This document shows positions 1 to 11,091 of a stretch of DNA of 64,000 bases, one piece after another. Both the position numbers and the translations under genes were made by a program. Numbering within the stretch: the first letter of the stretch is position 1; every line of letters starts with the position of its first letter. The stretch is from Candidatus Poribacteria bacterium (lineage in GTDB: Bacteria; Poribacteria; WGA-4E; WGA-3G). The stretch is from NCBI GenBank assembly GCA_965205025.1, contig CBDBFU010000014.1, forward strand, positions 352,001 to 416,000, given 5' to 3'. The notes below the pieces were generated by a model. That model did no database searches and was not told the DNA's origin. It saw only the letters and a program-made list of their open reading frames with translations.

Positions 1-318
1 ACTTGACATAACTGTCGGATCGTAGTTGTGGATAAACATGGACTAAGAACAGTAACAGTGCTATAATTTCTGACATAGATGTTAGTCCATTTTGAGTTAT
101 GGTTAACTGTGATAACTTTAAGACAAACACTCAGTTTTATTAAAGTATTTTGGCAAGGTATTGATTGTTAGATTGATGTAATATGTTCTTAAAATTGAGT
201 CCTGTATGCACGGAATGTCTGTAGAAAATTATTTGTTTTTATGAGTCCTATAGTTAACTGTTATACATTATAGGTGGCAACTATGATTATAATTTCTAAA
301 TTAAAGAAGGATTAACTT

Positions 319-1923
319 ATGAGTGAAAATCAAAAACCGAATATCGTTCTAATTTTAAATGACGATATGGGTTTTTCTGATCTGGGTTGTTACGGTGGGG
401 AAGTCAACACCCCAAACCTTGACAAACTTGCTTCCGGTGGTCTTCGTTTTACACAATTCTATAATACAGCAAGGTGTTGTCCTTCCCGTGCCTCCATGCT
501 TACAGGACTTCATCCACATCAGACTGGTGTTGGACATATGATGGGAGACGACGGTTTAGAAGGTTATAGAGGTGATCTAAATGATCGTTGTATCACAATT
601 GCAGATGCACTCCGTCCGGAAGGTTACGGGACATATATGAGCGGAAAATGGCATATCTCCAGACACACCGGTCCAGATGGTCCCAAACATAGTTGGCCCT
701 GCCAACGCGGATTCGATGAATTCTATGGAATTATCACTGGGGCTGCGAATTTCTGGAAACCCAGAACACTCACAAGGGACAACACACAGTTGGATAGTGA
801 GGACCTGCCGGAAGGATACTTCTTCACTGATGCAGTGAGTGATGAAGCTGTTAAGTATATCCACGAACATCATCATCAGAAAGCCGATGACCCATTTTTT
901 ACTTATGTCGCATACACTGCACCCCATTGGCCTCTACATGCTCATGAAGAGGATATCTCTCCATACAATGGACGTTTCGCAGCAGGTTGGGATGAATTAC
1001 GCCAAGAACGTCTATCGCGAATGCGGGAAATCAAGTTATTGGATGAATCATGGAGACTGACCGATCGTGATGCATCACAACTACCTTGGGAAGATGCTGA
1101 ATATAAAGAGTGGAACCAACGTCGAATGGAAGTGTACGCAGCACAAATCACTCGAATGGATGCTGGAATCGGACGAATCATCAACGCACTTGAAGAAACA
1201 GGGGAATTAGACAATACTCTGATTATGTTCTTGGCTGATAATGGAGGATGTGCAGAGGAACTGGGTGGTCCTCCAGCAAAACGCGATAGCGGATCACTTA
1301 TCAGCACAGAAACAACGTCTGATGGTAAACCTGTCTACCGTGGGAATGATCCAAGTATTATGCCTGGTCCCGAAACTACATATCAGAGTTATGGTGTGCC
1401 TTGGGCAAATCTATCAAATACACCTTTCCGACTATATAAGCATTGGGTACATGAAGGTGGAATCGCAACTCCATTAATTGTACATTGGCCTGATGCTATT
1501 AAGAATGTAGGTGAGTTACGACATCAACCCGGACAACTTCCTGACATTATGGCTACCTGTCTTGAGGTATCAGGAGCAGCCTATCCAGAAGAGCATGATG
1601 GGAAACAAATTTTACCTTTAGAAGGTACAAGTCTATTACCTATTTTTGATGGAAAAGATAATGGAAAAGAAATCCTACTGTGGGAACACGAAGGGAATTG
1701 TGCTGTTCGTCGAGATGATTGGAAATTGGTCTGCCGATTCCCAGGAGAATGGGAACTTTACAATCTGCAAGATGAACGCACTGAGATAAACAATCTTGCT
1801 GACAAACACCCACAAATGGTACAGGAATTGGATGGTATATATCAAGATTGGGCAGAACGTTGTTTTATTTATTCTTGGGATAAACTACAAGAACATCGTA
1901 GGCAACGTAGACAGAAGAGATAA
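319..1923 (+). CDS. Arylsulfatase (formylglycine-dependent)
   Basis: PNIVLILNDDMG N-terminus, CCPSRA (CxPxR) motif, GKWH, FLADNG. Confidence 0.93.
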   Translation: MSENQKPNIVLILNDDMGFSDLGCYGGEVNTPNLDKLASGGLRFTQFYNTARCCPSRASMLTGLHPHQTGVGHMMGDDGLEGYRGDLNDRCITIADALRPEGYGTYMSGKWHISRHTGPDGPKHSWPCQRGFDEFYGIITGAANFWKPRTLTRDNTQLDSEDLPEGYFFTDAVSDEAVKYIHEHHHQKADDPFFTYVAYTAPHWPLHAHEEDISPYNGRFAAGWDELRQERLSRMREIKLLDESWRLTDRDASQLPWEDAEYKEWNQRRMEVYAAQITRMDAGIGRIINALEETGELDNTLIMFLADNGGCAEELGGPPAKRDSGSLISTETTSDGKPVYRGNDPSIMPGPETTYQSYGVPWANLSNTPFRLYKHWVHEGGIATPLIVHWPDAIKNVGELRHQPGQLPDIMATCLEVSGAAYPEEHDGKQILPLEGTSLLPIFDGKDNGKEILLWEHEGNCAVRRDDWKLVCRFPGEWELYNLQDERTEINNLADKHPQMVQELDGIYQDWAERCFIYSWDKLQEHRRQRRQKR

Positions 1924-2191
1924 TTGGCAGATGTCAACTTCTGATCTCAATAGTTTCGGTGTTCTGAGGAAATGCATATTCTGATTCTATGCTAATTATC
2001 CGATTCGATTATATATATATGATGAGTGAAACAACACTTACGACAATGTATTTATAGTATATTTTGTAGATAAATAGACACTTTCTTTTCATAGTAGATA
2101 CGGTTTCCCGCACTGGAACTGAGAGTAAAATTAATTCCACAATCTACTATAGTCTAATATTAATGACACTATCAATCAAAGGAGATTTATA

Positions 2192-2653
2192 ATGGTAGAA
2201 ATTTCTGGAAAGACATTCGAAACAACTGACCATTTACGGGAGTTTGTTTTTGAAATTCTAAATACTGCCCCAATTGATGAATCCCTGCCAGAAGAAGATA
2301 GCCAAATGCTTCTTGAACTCTTCATGTGCCATCCTGAAGCAGAAGATAAAATTGATGGGAAGCAGGTACAGTATATTAAAGTTGGGAAACATGCGCAAGC
2401 AGGAGCTCGGGCATTTTGTATCGTCCGTGATGATGACTCAGAGGAAACTTTCAGTATCAAGAAATGTCTGTCAGCCTGGACGAGGAAAAACCAGCCACCT
2501 GAACAAAAGAAACCTAAAAAACAAAAAAATGTTTCTACGAAATCTACTGAACCAACAGGGATAAATACTCAACTTAAGCAAATTATTTCTTTATACAATG
2601 AACTTGGAAGAGAAATTGCAAAAATGCAAAAGTTATTAGCAGACAAAAAATGA
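2192..2653 (+). CDS. DCL/DUF3223-family protein with C-terminal coiled tail
   Basis: HPEAEDKI...IKVGKH...RAFCIVRDDDSEETFSIKKCL matches the DCL consensus HP..K.G....F...R.DG...DFSY.KC; SD aaggag upstream. Confidence 0.7.
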   Translation: MVEISGKTFETTDHLREFVFEILNTAPIDESLPEEDSQMLLELFMCHPEAEDKIDGKQVQYIKVGKHAQAGARAFCIVRDDDSEETFSIKKCLSAWTRKNQPPEQKKPKKQKNVSTKSTEPTGINTQLKQIISLYNELGREIAKMQKLLADKK

Positions 2654-2662
2654 GTAAGATTA

Positions 2663-2706
2663 GAAAGTAGATACAGATACTGAGATTGGAATCTGTATCT
2701 ACTTTC
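2663..2706. terminator. Bidirectional hairpin between convergent genes
   Basis: 16-bp perfect inverted repeat gaaagtagatacagat / atctgtatctactttc. Confidence 0.7.
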
Positions 2707-2751
2707 AATCAAACTTTTGATTGGGACTGCTACACAAACCAAATGTGTATA

Positions 2752-3846
2752 CTAACTGATTGGATGCATTTTTAAGCAAACAGGTGATGGAACTTCAGTT
2801 TCATTACCTGTGTCAGTTAACTGACCCGTTTCAACATCAACCGCAAATGAAACTATGTTGTTTGTCTGTTGATTCGCAGCCAAGAGAAGGGTTCCATCGG
2901 GATTTAGTCCGAAATTTCGTGGTGTCTGTCCCCGTGTAGATTCACATCCGATGAAATCCAACATACCACTATCATTATCAATCGCACAAATAGCAATACT
3001 ATCATGTCCACGGTTTGACCCATATAAGTACTTACCCGATGGATGGACGTGAATATCAGCACAATGGCTTGTGCCGTCAAAGTCTTCTGGAAGTGTGGAA
3101 AGTGTTTGGATTTCTGTGAGGGATCCTGTTTCTTCATCATATAGGAATGCTGTAAAAGTTGAATCTAATTCATTAATTACATACGCAAAATTGCCATTTG
3201 GATGAAAATCAAGATGGCGTGGACCTGCCCCCGGATGAACACGTACCCAAGGTTGTTCATTAGGTATCAGTTTTCCACTGTCTAAATCTATCTTATATAT
3301 GAGTATCTTATCAAGACCAAGATCAGGAGAAAAAGCATATTGATTGCTACCATCAATCATAATCGCATGGGCATGTGGTCCCGATTGGCGACTTTCATTC
3401 ACACTGGAACCTTGATGTTGAACAAAACTGGAAGCTTGATCTAATCTTCCATCTTTTCCGATAGGAAAAGCAGCTACACTACCACCACCATAGTTTGCAA
3501 CAAGTAGATATTTACCAGTATCATCTACACTCACATGACACGGAGCTCCACCACCTGTTGCTTGTTGGTTGAGGAAGCTTAACTCTCCCGTATTATCATG
3601 AATGTAAAATGCTGTAACGGCACCACTTGCTTTACCTTCATAATCTCCAATCTCATTCACTGAGAATAGATAACGACCACTGGGATGAATATCCAAAAAT
3701 GAAGGATTATCTACTCCTGTAATCTTACTGGAATATTCTAAAGCACCAGTCTGATTATCTAATTCATACACATAAATTCCTTCACTATCTCCATGTGTGT
3801 AAGTGCCTACGTATACATAGTATTTCTCATTCTTCTCTTGAGCCAT
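2752..3846 (-). CDS. pgl: 6-phosphogluconolactonase / lactonase (cycloisomerase 2 family beta-propeller)
   Basis: YVGTYT, NPSFL, RQSGPHAH, GAGPRHL, YGSNRGHDSI, TPRNF motifs. Confidence 0.88.
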   Translation of the reverse strand: MAQEKNEKYYVYVGTYTHGDSEGIYVYELDNQTGALEYSSKITGVDNPSFLDIHPSGRYLFSVNEIGDYEGKASGAVTAFYIHDNTGELSFLNQQATGGGAPCHVSVDDTGKYLLVANYGGGSVAAFPIGKDGRLDQASSFVQHQGSSVNESRQSGPHAHAIMIDGSNQYAFSPDLGLDKILIYKIDLDSGKLIPNEQPWVRVHPGAGPRHLDFHPNGNFAYVINELDSTFTAFLYDEETGSLTEIQTLSTLPEDFDGTSHCADIHVHPSGKYLYGSNRGHDSIAICAIDNDSGMLDFIGCESTRGQTPRNFGLNPDGTLLLAANQQTNNIVSFAVDVETGQLTDTGNETEVPSPVCLKMHPIS

Positions 3847-3928
3847 TAGGATGTATTCTCCTTATATGAAAATTGATAAATTTATAGAAATATTACTATT
3901 ATATTTTATCGAAATAACGGTAGATTCT

Positions 3929-5533
3929 TTATATAACTGTAAAAGACAGTGAATTCTCTTCACTCTCTTTATACCCTATTCGTATTGCTTTTGTTCTAAC
4001 AGTGGTTTCACCTTTAGGTAAACGTAATGGTTCGGTATACAACTTCCATCTTACGTCATCTCCATTCTCAGTAGTATAAGCTATTGAGGCACCCTGCGTG
4101 GAACAATGTAATTGTAAAAGCAGTGGGGCATCCCACTCCCCAGACTCTTGAGTAGCTTCCCTACCAAGGTTGGTTGCGTTTATCGGTATAAAAATAGGAG
4201 ATGCAGTTTGTGGTTGAATTCCGTTAGGATACCATTGTGAAACCATCTGTTCTTCAGAAACACTCCCCAAATCACCATAGTTAGATTGCCATTCTGCAAG
4301 GGTGTTACGCATCCTGTCAAGTATAGTTGTATGTGACGCATCTTCTACCAAATTATTCAGTTCATATTTGTCATTTTCCACATCATATAGTTCTTCAGTA
4401 GGACGGGGATATTGGAACATTACAGTTTGGTCTCCCTCCAGTTTGTCTTCAGCATATAGTCGCCACATTTCCTGCATAATTGGATGACGATTTCGGTAAG
4501 GAATCCAAAGCAGATACGGTTTTTCAGGATAGTAATTTCTTATATATTTATACTTTTTATCGCGTACAGCACGAATCATATCATAGGATTCATCATACCG
4601 ATCCCTTGTAGCAAAGATATAATCCCGTTCATCCTTATCTGGTCCCAGAAATGGTTGTCCTTGTAAATGTTGTGGTGCTTCCACTCCACATAACGATAGA
4701 ACTGTAGGTCCAAGGTCAATTAAACTGACTAATTGTTCATTGACACTACCAGCACTTACTTCACCATTCCATCGAACGATCAAAGGAATTCGAATTCCAG
4801 CATCATAAGGCCATCTTTTACCACGTGGGAGTCCTTCTCCATGGTCACTCCACAAGAATACAATAGTATTTTCTGTAAGACCATCTTCGTCTAATTCATC
4901 CAAAAGTTCACCGACACGTGCATCCGCTATTGCAAGATTATCATAGTGTCGTGCCAACGCTTCACGGGATTTTCGTGTATCCGGCAAGTATGGAGGTAAT
5001 TCAACATCATCTGGATTGGTTATCAAAGGTCTTTCGTTACGTTCCCACATTCCACTTTCATGGGTAACAGTTGGGTTGAAAACAGAGAAGAAAGGCTGAC
5101 CACTTTCACGATTCCGCCAATGACCTTTGTTGCTACAGTCATCCCATGCAGTTACAGGTGGAGTGAACTGGTAATCTGTCTTACTATTATTGCTACAATA
5201 ATAACCTGCACCTCTAAGGTATTCTGTAAATGTTTTCACATAAGGCGGAGGTACAGCCGAATAGGGTGTAGGCATATCTGGAGTATGTTTATTTGTATGT
5301 GCTGTCCGCATATGGTGTGTACCAATAGAGGTTTGATACATCCCGGTAATGATTGCGGAACGGCTGGGTGCACAGACACCAGCAGTCGAAAACGCATTCG
5401 GAAACCTACAGCCACCGGATGCAAACCGATCAATATTCGGTGTGCGTGCAATTGGGTCTCCGTAACAACCGAAACGTGGGGTCGTATCCTCTAACGAAAT
5501 CCAAAGAATATTCGGACGATCTGGTGTGCTCAT
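3929..5533 (-). CDS. Sulfatase with C-terminal Fn3-associated/CHB_HEX_C-like domain
   Basis: CAPSRS motif, SDHG; C-terminus CSTQGASIAYT...YTEPLRL...AIRIGYKES. Confidence 0.9.
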   Translation of the reverse strand: MSTPDRPNILWISLEDTTPRFGCYGDPIARTPNIDRFASGGCRFPNAFSTAGVCAPSRSAIITGMYQTSIGTHHMRTAHTNKHTPDMPTPYSAVPPPYVKTFTEYLRGAGYYCSNNSKTDYQFTPPVTAWDDCSNKGHWRNRESGQPFFSVFNPTVTHESGMWERNERPLITNPDDVELPPYLPDTRKSREALARHYDNLAIADARVGELLDELDEDGLTENTIVFLWSDHGEGLPRGKRWPYDAGIRIPLIVRWNGEVSAGSVNEQLVSLIDLGPTVLSLCGVEAPQHLQGQPFLGPDKDERDYIFATRDRYDESYDMIRAVRDKKYKYIRNYYPEKPYLLWIPYRNRHPIMQEMWRLYAEDKLEGDQTVMFQYPRPTEELYDVENDKYELNNLVEDASHTTILDRMRNTLAEWQSNYGDLGSVSEEQMVSQWYPNGIQPQTASPIFIPINATNLGREATQESGEWDAPLLLQLHCSTQGASIAYTTENGDDVRWKLYTEPLRLPKGETTVRTKAIRIGYKESEENSLSFTVI

Positions 5534-5563
5534 TCCTACTCCCTTTTGCAGTGATTTACTATT

Positions 5564-6391
5564 TTAGTGCCAACATCCCTCTGTATACGCCTCGCGATCA
5601 AATAACTGCTGACGCAACGGTGTCGCCTGCGCCATCCATTCCTCAGGGATCTCCTGCGTGTAGCGATGCGGGGGTCCAGCTTCTTTAAAGATGTCTATTA
5701 CAAAGATGCGATAAAGTTGCGGAGAGTCCACAGGTTTTGCCTCAACAGCATGGAAGATGCGAGCATCAATATAGACCATACTACCGGGGGGTAAATCAAG
5801 ACGTCTTTCTTCCAATGTCCGTCCAGCTTCTTCATCAAACTCGCCCGCGAGCATCCGTTCAGGAGTTGCCTCTTTCGTCGGCGCGACCTTGTGGCTGCCC
5901 GATATAACTTTGAGATTCCGATCTCCACGTGTGAAGCCGTTCGGGTAATACAGTATCTGTATATAGTAATTATTTCGCTCCGCGAGGTTAATAGGATTCT
6001 CATGCTTCCAGTGGTGATGGTCCTGGTGGAATCCAATTGGACCGATCCCACGGGGAGCGATGTTGAGAGCAGAATGACAAAAATGATATGCATCACCGAT
6101 GGTCGCACGTATTAATGTCGTAATAAAGGGATCATCAATAAGCCGATCACTATATTCACGACGGTCGTTCCATGGACGAATAAAATACGCTCTATCCTGA
6201 GTAGCACCGTTATTCAACGTCTCAATATATGAACGTGTAGGTTCAAACTGTTGTGTAACCTCTTCAATTAACCCTTCTCTACCCTCATCGGTAAAAATAT
6301 CTGGATAAGCGATATACCCATCATTATGAAATGAATCAATATCTGACTGAGTAGGTTCATTTATGCGAAAAAGTGAATCAGTTCTATCCAT
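5564..6391 (-). CDS. Phytanoyl-CoA dioxygenase (PhyH) family Fe(II)/2OG dioxygenase
   Basis: FHNDGY, HQD motif, GSHK, distal RIFH. Confidence 0.85.
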   Translation of the reverse strand: MDRTDSLFRINEPTQSDIDSFHNDGYIAYPDIFTDEGREGLIEEVTQQFEPTRSYIETLNNGATQDRAYFIRPWNDRREYSDRLIDDPFITTLIRATIGDAYHFCHSALNIAPRGIGPIGFHQDHHHWKHENPINLAERNNYYIQILYYPNGFTRGDRNLKVISGSHKVAPTKEATPERMLAGEFDEEAGRTLEERRLDLPPGSMVYIDARIFHAVEAKPVDSPQLYRIFVIDIFKEAGPPHRYTQEIPEEWMAQATPLRQQLFDREAYTEGCWH

Positions 6392-6403
6392 AATTCGTTC
6401 CCT

Positions 6404-7879
6404 TTATATTCTACTGTGTCCTTGAGTTTTAAATTTATCAAGTAATAACGTTAACTGTTCTACAATTTCAGGGTGTGTTTCCCACAAATTGTTTGTTTCA
6501 GATGGGTCATCAAAAATATGATACAACTGTCCTGGCGTCCCTGGCTTCGGTCCTCTGTCTGATGGAGGAGGCCACCCTCCGGAACCTTCTGTTTCCAGAA
6601 TCAATTTCCACTCTCTATGTCGGATAGAAAATACACCTGCACTGGAATGATGGACGATTGCCTCTCGACAGGCGTATCCCGTTTCTTCACCTAATAGAAC
6701 TGGTAAAATATTACAACTATCTTGTCCAGCATCATTGGGTACATCGGTTTCAACTATGGCTGCACAAGTAGACATTAGGTCTGTCAGACAAATCAATGCA
6801 TCAGTTATAGTGTTAGGTTGAATTACACCGGGCCATCTTGCGATTAAGGGTTCACGATGTCCACCTTCCCATATATGGGCTTTATATCCACGCCAATCTC
6901 CACAAGATTTGTGATTATACAGATTGTATGGCATAGCACTATTATCTCCTTGAATTCGATCACCCGGTAATGCACCATTGTCACTCGTAACAAAAATCAA
7001 AGTATTATCAGTTTTACCAGTCCTATCCAAAGCCTGCATCACCTCTCCCACCATCCAGTCTACTAACCAGACCAGATCGCCACGAGGACCGGCATCGCTC
7101 TTTCTCCGTGCAAATTCTGGTACTACCTCTTCAGTGCAGGGTTCATGTGGAGCGGAAGGGGTAAGATAGAGGAAAAAAGGATCATCTAACTCGGATTGAG
7201 ATTCTATATATTCTACAGCTTTCTGTGAAATTTTCGGATCCGCATCTTTATGTTGCCAACTTGGGGCTGTCATCCCTGCACGCCCAGTAAAATCAGGCTT
7301 TTCACGATATTCACTCGGAATTTCAACAAATGTATCCTGTTCAATAAATCCGTACGGAGGTTGACAGGTTGGACATCCAGAGGTACCATAGAAATAATCA
7401 AAACCAAGTTTAGTTGGACCCCCGGTCACTGGGGCAGTGAAATCTATATTATCCTCCAATTCACGTTTCGCATTCCCCCATGGCAGCGGAGCATCAAAAT
7501 CATAGTTGTAACCAGACTTTGTCGAGAATCCAAGCCCTAAATGCCATTTACCAACACACGCTGTATTGTACCCTACATCTTTTAGTAAACCGGCTACAGT
7601 TAATCGTTCGGGTTGGATGAGAGAGGGTTCGTATCCGTAAAGCACACCCCGTTTCAATCGACTTCGCCAACAATATCTGCCTGTTAACACACCATAACGG
7701 GTCGGTGTGCAGACAGCTGATGGGGAATGGGCATCGGTACAGCGGATTCCTTCTTGGGCAAGTTGGTCCATATTCGGGGTCGGAATTTTTGAATCTGAAT
7801 TATAGCATCCAACGTCACCATAACCCATATCGTCTGCCATGATAAAAACTATGTTTGGAAAGTTTTGTATATTCATCAA
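6404..7879 (-). CDS. Arylsulfatase
   Basis: PNIVFIMADDMGYGD, CTPTRY, GKWHLG, TSDNG, WEGGHR. Confidence 0.93.
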   Translation of the reverse strand: MMNIQNFPNIVFIMADDMGYGDVGCYNSDSKIPTPNMDQLAQEGIRCTDAHSPSAVCTPTRYGVLTGRYCWRSRLKRGVLYGYEPSLIQPERLTVAGLLKDVGYNTACVGKWHLGLGFSTKSGYNYDFDAPLPWGNAKRELEDNIDFTAPVTGGPTKLGFDYFYGTSGCPTCQPPYGFIEQDTFVEIPSEYREKPDFTGRAGMTAPSWQHKDADPKISQKAVEYIESQSELDDPFFLYLTPSAPHEPCTEEVVPEFARRKSDAGPRGDLVWLVDWMVGEVMQALDRTGKTDNTLIFVTSDNGALPGDRIQGDNSAMPYNLYNHKSCGDWRGYKAHIWEGGHREPLIARWPGVIQPNTITDALICLTDLMSTCAAIVETDVPNDAGQDSCNILPVLLGEETGYACREAIVHHSSAGVFSIRHREWKLILETEGSGGWPPPSDRGPKPGTPGQLYHIFDDPSETNNLWETHPEIVEQLTLLLDKFKTQGHSRI

Positions 7880-7956
7880 TTATCAAATGTAAATTAATAC
7901 AAATTTCACTATTATCAGTAGGTTTCAAATCCAATTGGATAGGAATAATTAATTAA

Positions 7957-9021
7957 CTATAGTGATGGTACTGTTACTTCTACTTCGCGTCCACCTGCTT
8001 CTGAAGAATCAATAACACCTTGTATAATTACGTTTGTCAACATAATTTCATAAGGATCTATTGGTGAAGGTTTACCTTCTCTAACAGCATCAATAAATGC
8101 ACTATCTTCTTCATGGAACACACTTACCGATTCAAACTCAGTATAAGTCTTATCATTGATTTCACCATCTTTATCACCGTAAACACGAACACCATCTTGC
8201 GGACCACGGACTTCACCAATCCCGATTCGTAATCCCGCTTTTTTACCAAGAAAAATCGTCCCACCCAAAGAATCCATATTCATACACCAACAGGTTTTGA
8301 ATACTAAGCGTGCACCATTATCAAAAACTACCCATCCAACTCCGAAATCTTCTACTTCAGTTTGTTTGAGGGACTCATTCCAAGTGTTATGAAGACTTAA
8401 ATAGTTAGAGGTAATTCCTGAGACTGCTACAGGTTTAGGATGTCCCATTAAATACAGCGCAGTATCAAGGGCATAAACGCCTATGTCTGCTGATGCCCCC
8501 AGTCCTGCAGTTGCTTTACGAATAAAACTACCTCCAGGGTTTCCTCGTCGACGATCTGCGACTGTTTCGGCATAATAGATGTCCCCAAGAGTTCCCGCAT
8601 CCACAATTTCTTTTGCTTTGATTACTTGTGGTGAATAACGAAGTTTTAGACCTATCATCAGGATTCTATCGTTTTCCACAGAAGCACGCCACATGGCCTC
8701 TGCGCCCTTAAGTGTGGCTTCCATCGGTTTTTCACAGAACACGTGCTTACCAGCATTTAATGAGGCAACAGATGGTGCCGCATGGACACCTGTTGGAGTA
8801 CATACATACACTGCCTCGATTTCGTCCATTTTCAACATTTCATTATAATCTTCAAAAGTGTGTTTTATACCCCAATTTTCCTTAGCTCTTTCTAAATTTG
8901 ATGGAACTAAATCTGCTACCGCAATAATTTCTGCCCCTTCGATTTCTGCAAGTGTCCTACAATGTGCTCCTGAAATACCACCAGCACCTATTAAACCTAA
9001 TTTAACTGTTCGCATTATCAT
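7957..9021 (-). CDS. Gfo/Idh/MocA family oxidoreductase
   Basis: GLIGAGGI Rossmann motif, AGKHVFCEKP. Confidence 0.92.
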   Translation of the reverse strand: MIMRTVKLGLIGAGGISGAHCRTLAEIEGAEIIAVADLVPSNLERAKENWGIKHTFEDYNEMLKMDEIEAVYVCTPTGVHAAPSVASLNAGKHVFCEKPMEATLKGAEAMWRASVENDRILMIGLKLRYSPQVIKAKEIVDAGTLGDIYYAETVADRRRGNPGGSFIRKATAGLGASADIGVYALDTALYLMGHPKPVAVSGITSNYLSLHNTWNESLKQTEVEDFGVGWVVFDNGARLVFKTCWCMNMDSLGGTIFLGKKAGLRIGIGEVRGPQDGVRVYGDKDGEINDKTYTEFESVSVFHEEDSAFIDAVREGKPSPIDPYEIMLTNVIIQGVIDSSEAGGREVEVTVPSL

Positions 9022-9255
9022 CTCCTCAAAACTATATTATTCAATAGATTCTATCCTAATTATCCTTTGCAATCAAGGAATTTCCATGTCTGCAAGTAGA
9101 GGTTATCATTGAGTGAAAATGACCTTGCTATTCAAAAGTAATTCTGTTACAATTCGTATGAGGAATGTCTATTGACATAATTTGTCTATTACTTCCACAG
9201 TATTATCGTTTGTAAGTCAATTTTACTTTATCAGATAATTTGTGCTGAAACTCAA

Positions 9256-9873
9256 TTGGAGATAAACATCGTGGCAGCAAACGCAATTACCCTTTTCCGT
9301 CTATTGATAACATTCGTTGTCATCGCTGTTTTCAATCAGCATGCTTACATTGATATCGTTTGTATTGTAACCATCATAATTATTTTTTATCTTGATTCAG
9401 TAGATGGTATAGTCGCACGTAAACGAAACGAAACATCTGCTTTTGGGGCTGTATTTGATATCGCGGCAGACAGGATAATTGAGATAGTATTCTGGATTTA
9501 TTTTTCAGTGGTTACTGATATAATTCCATATTGGATGCCGATTATAGTGATAACGCGCGGATTACTGACTGATAGTGTCCGAAGTATGGCGATGCAAGAT
9601 GACAAAACTCCCTTTGAAATGATGACAATTCCATGGACTCGGGCTTTGACAAGTTCCAGATTCTCACGCGGATTTTATGGGGGAATAAAATTACTCACTT
9701 TCGTTCTCCTACCTTCCTTGACCTTTCTTAGACAATATCATCCCAATATACCTATTCTTCCAACACTTTCCATTGTTACGGTTATCTTCGCATATGCCAC
9801 AGTAGCTGTGTGTCTTATCCGAGGATTTCCTGTATTTGTTGATGGTTGGAAGTATATAAAAGCAAATCAGTAA
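9256..9873 (+). CDS. CDP-alcohol phosphatidyltransferase (PgsA-like); start may be GTG at 9271
   Basis: NAITLFR, DSVDGIVAR...FGAVFDIAADR signature. Confidence 0.88.
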   Translation: MEINIVAANAITLFRLLITFVVIAVFNQHAYIDIVCIVTIIIIFYLDSVDGIVARKRNETSAFGAVFDIAADRIIEIVFWIYFSVVTDIIPYWMPIIVITRGLLTDSVRSMAMQDDKTPFEMMTIPWTRALTSSRFSRGFYGGIKLLTFVLLPSLTFLRQYHPNIPILPTLSIVTVIFAYATVAVCLIRGFPVFVDGWKYIKANQ

Positions 9874-10009
9874 TTGTATTAATTGTTCATTTTTGTTTGA
9901 CATTCATACTATTTCTGTATTCTATGTTAGTATGAAATATCCTGTAGGTATGACTTGATAATAACAATAATTATCTATCATCAATACCAATTGACATGTA
10001 CTTCTGACT

Positions 10010-11089
10010 GTGTTATTTTTAAATCCTAATTGCATAGTGGAGATGATAATGAAAGCAGCACAATTTTATGGTGGAAAAGATATACGAGTTGAGACTGTAC
10101 CTGACCCAATACCTGAAAATGAACAGGTATTGGTGAAAGTAGATGCAGCAGGTATTTGTGGAAGTGATCTTCACGGATATCACCATCAACCCGATAAACC
10201 GCAATCACCTCGAATAGGTGGTCATGAGTTAACTGGTCATATAATTGACATTGGTAAAGATGTATCTGATTATAAGTCCGGAGATCGAGTTGCCGTTGAA
10301 CCTATTTCTCCTTGTAACAATTGTCCAGAATGCTACAACGGATACTATAACATTTGTGCTAATCTTCGTCATGCTGGGGGTGGTTTCGCAGAATTTATGG
10401 TAAGTAGAACTTCAAATGTCTATTCGTTACCTGAATCTGTTTCCGTTGAAGGTGGAGCATTGGCAGAGGTATATGCTGTTGCTGTTCATGCTGTTAACAG
10501 GGCAATGGTATCTCCTGGAGATCGAGTTGCTATTATTGGAAGCGGACCGGTTGGCTTGACAATAGCTCAAGTAGCTGATACTGCCGGGGCATCATCTATC
10601 ATTATGTTAGGAAAACCAGATAATCCTCTATCAATTGCCAATAAAGCAGTAGGTGCTGTCCCGATAAATGTTGATAAAACATGTGCTGTTGAAGCTGTCA
10701 TGGAATGGAGTAATGGACGTGGTGCAGATATCGTCTTTGAGGCAGTAGGGGGAAATGCAAATACCTTAGAACAGGCTACAGAGATTGCAGCAAAACGTGG
10801 TCGTATATGTATGGTTGGTGGACATCGTTCCCCACTTACATTTTCTGAGCAGTTTGCACGCAGTCGAGAATTGACGGTCATTTGGTCCTTCTGTTATGGT
10901 AGACATGGTGGTAGAACAGAATTCCAAATCGCTATTGATCTCCTTGCAGCTGGCAAACTGGATCCGAATCCTCTTATCACACACCGATTCAATTTAGCTG
11001 AAATTAACCAAGCTTTCGCTGTGGCAGCAGGTCGAGATGAACACGGTTCAGTGAAAGTACTTGTTTATCCAAATGAAAATAGGAGTTAA
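10010..11089 (+). CDS. Zn-dependent alcohol/sugar-alcohol dehydrogenase (MDR); real start probably MKAAQ near 10049
   Basis: GICGSDLH, GHE, CxxCxxC..C, GSGPVG. Confidence 0.9.
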   Translation: MLFLNPNCIVEMIMKAAQFYGGKDIRVETVPDPIPENEQVLVKVDAAGICGSDLHGYHHQPDKPQSPRIGGHELTGHIIDIGKDVSDYKSGDRVAVEPISPCNNCPECYNGYYNICANLRHAGGGFAEFMVSRTSNVYSLPESVSVEGGALAEVYAVAVHAVNRAMVSPGDRVAIIGSGPVGLTIAQVADTAGASSIIMLGKPDNPLSIANKAVGAVPINVDKTCAVEAVMEWSNGRGADIVFEAVGGNANTLEQATEIAAKRGRICMVGGHRSPLTFSEQFARSRELTVIWSFCYGRHGGRTEFQIAIDLLAAGKLDPNPLITHRFNLAEINQAFAVAAGRDEHGSVKVLVYPNENRS

Positions 11090-11091
11090 AT

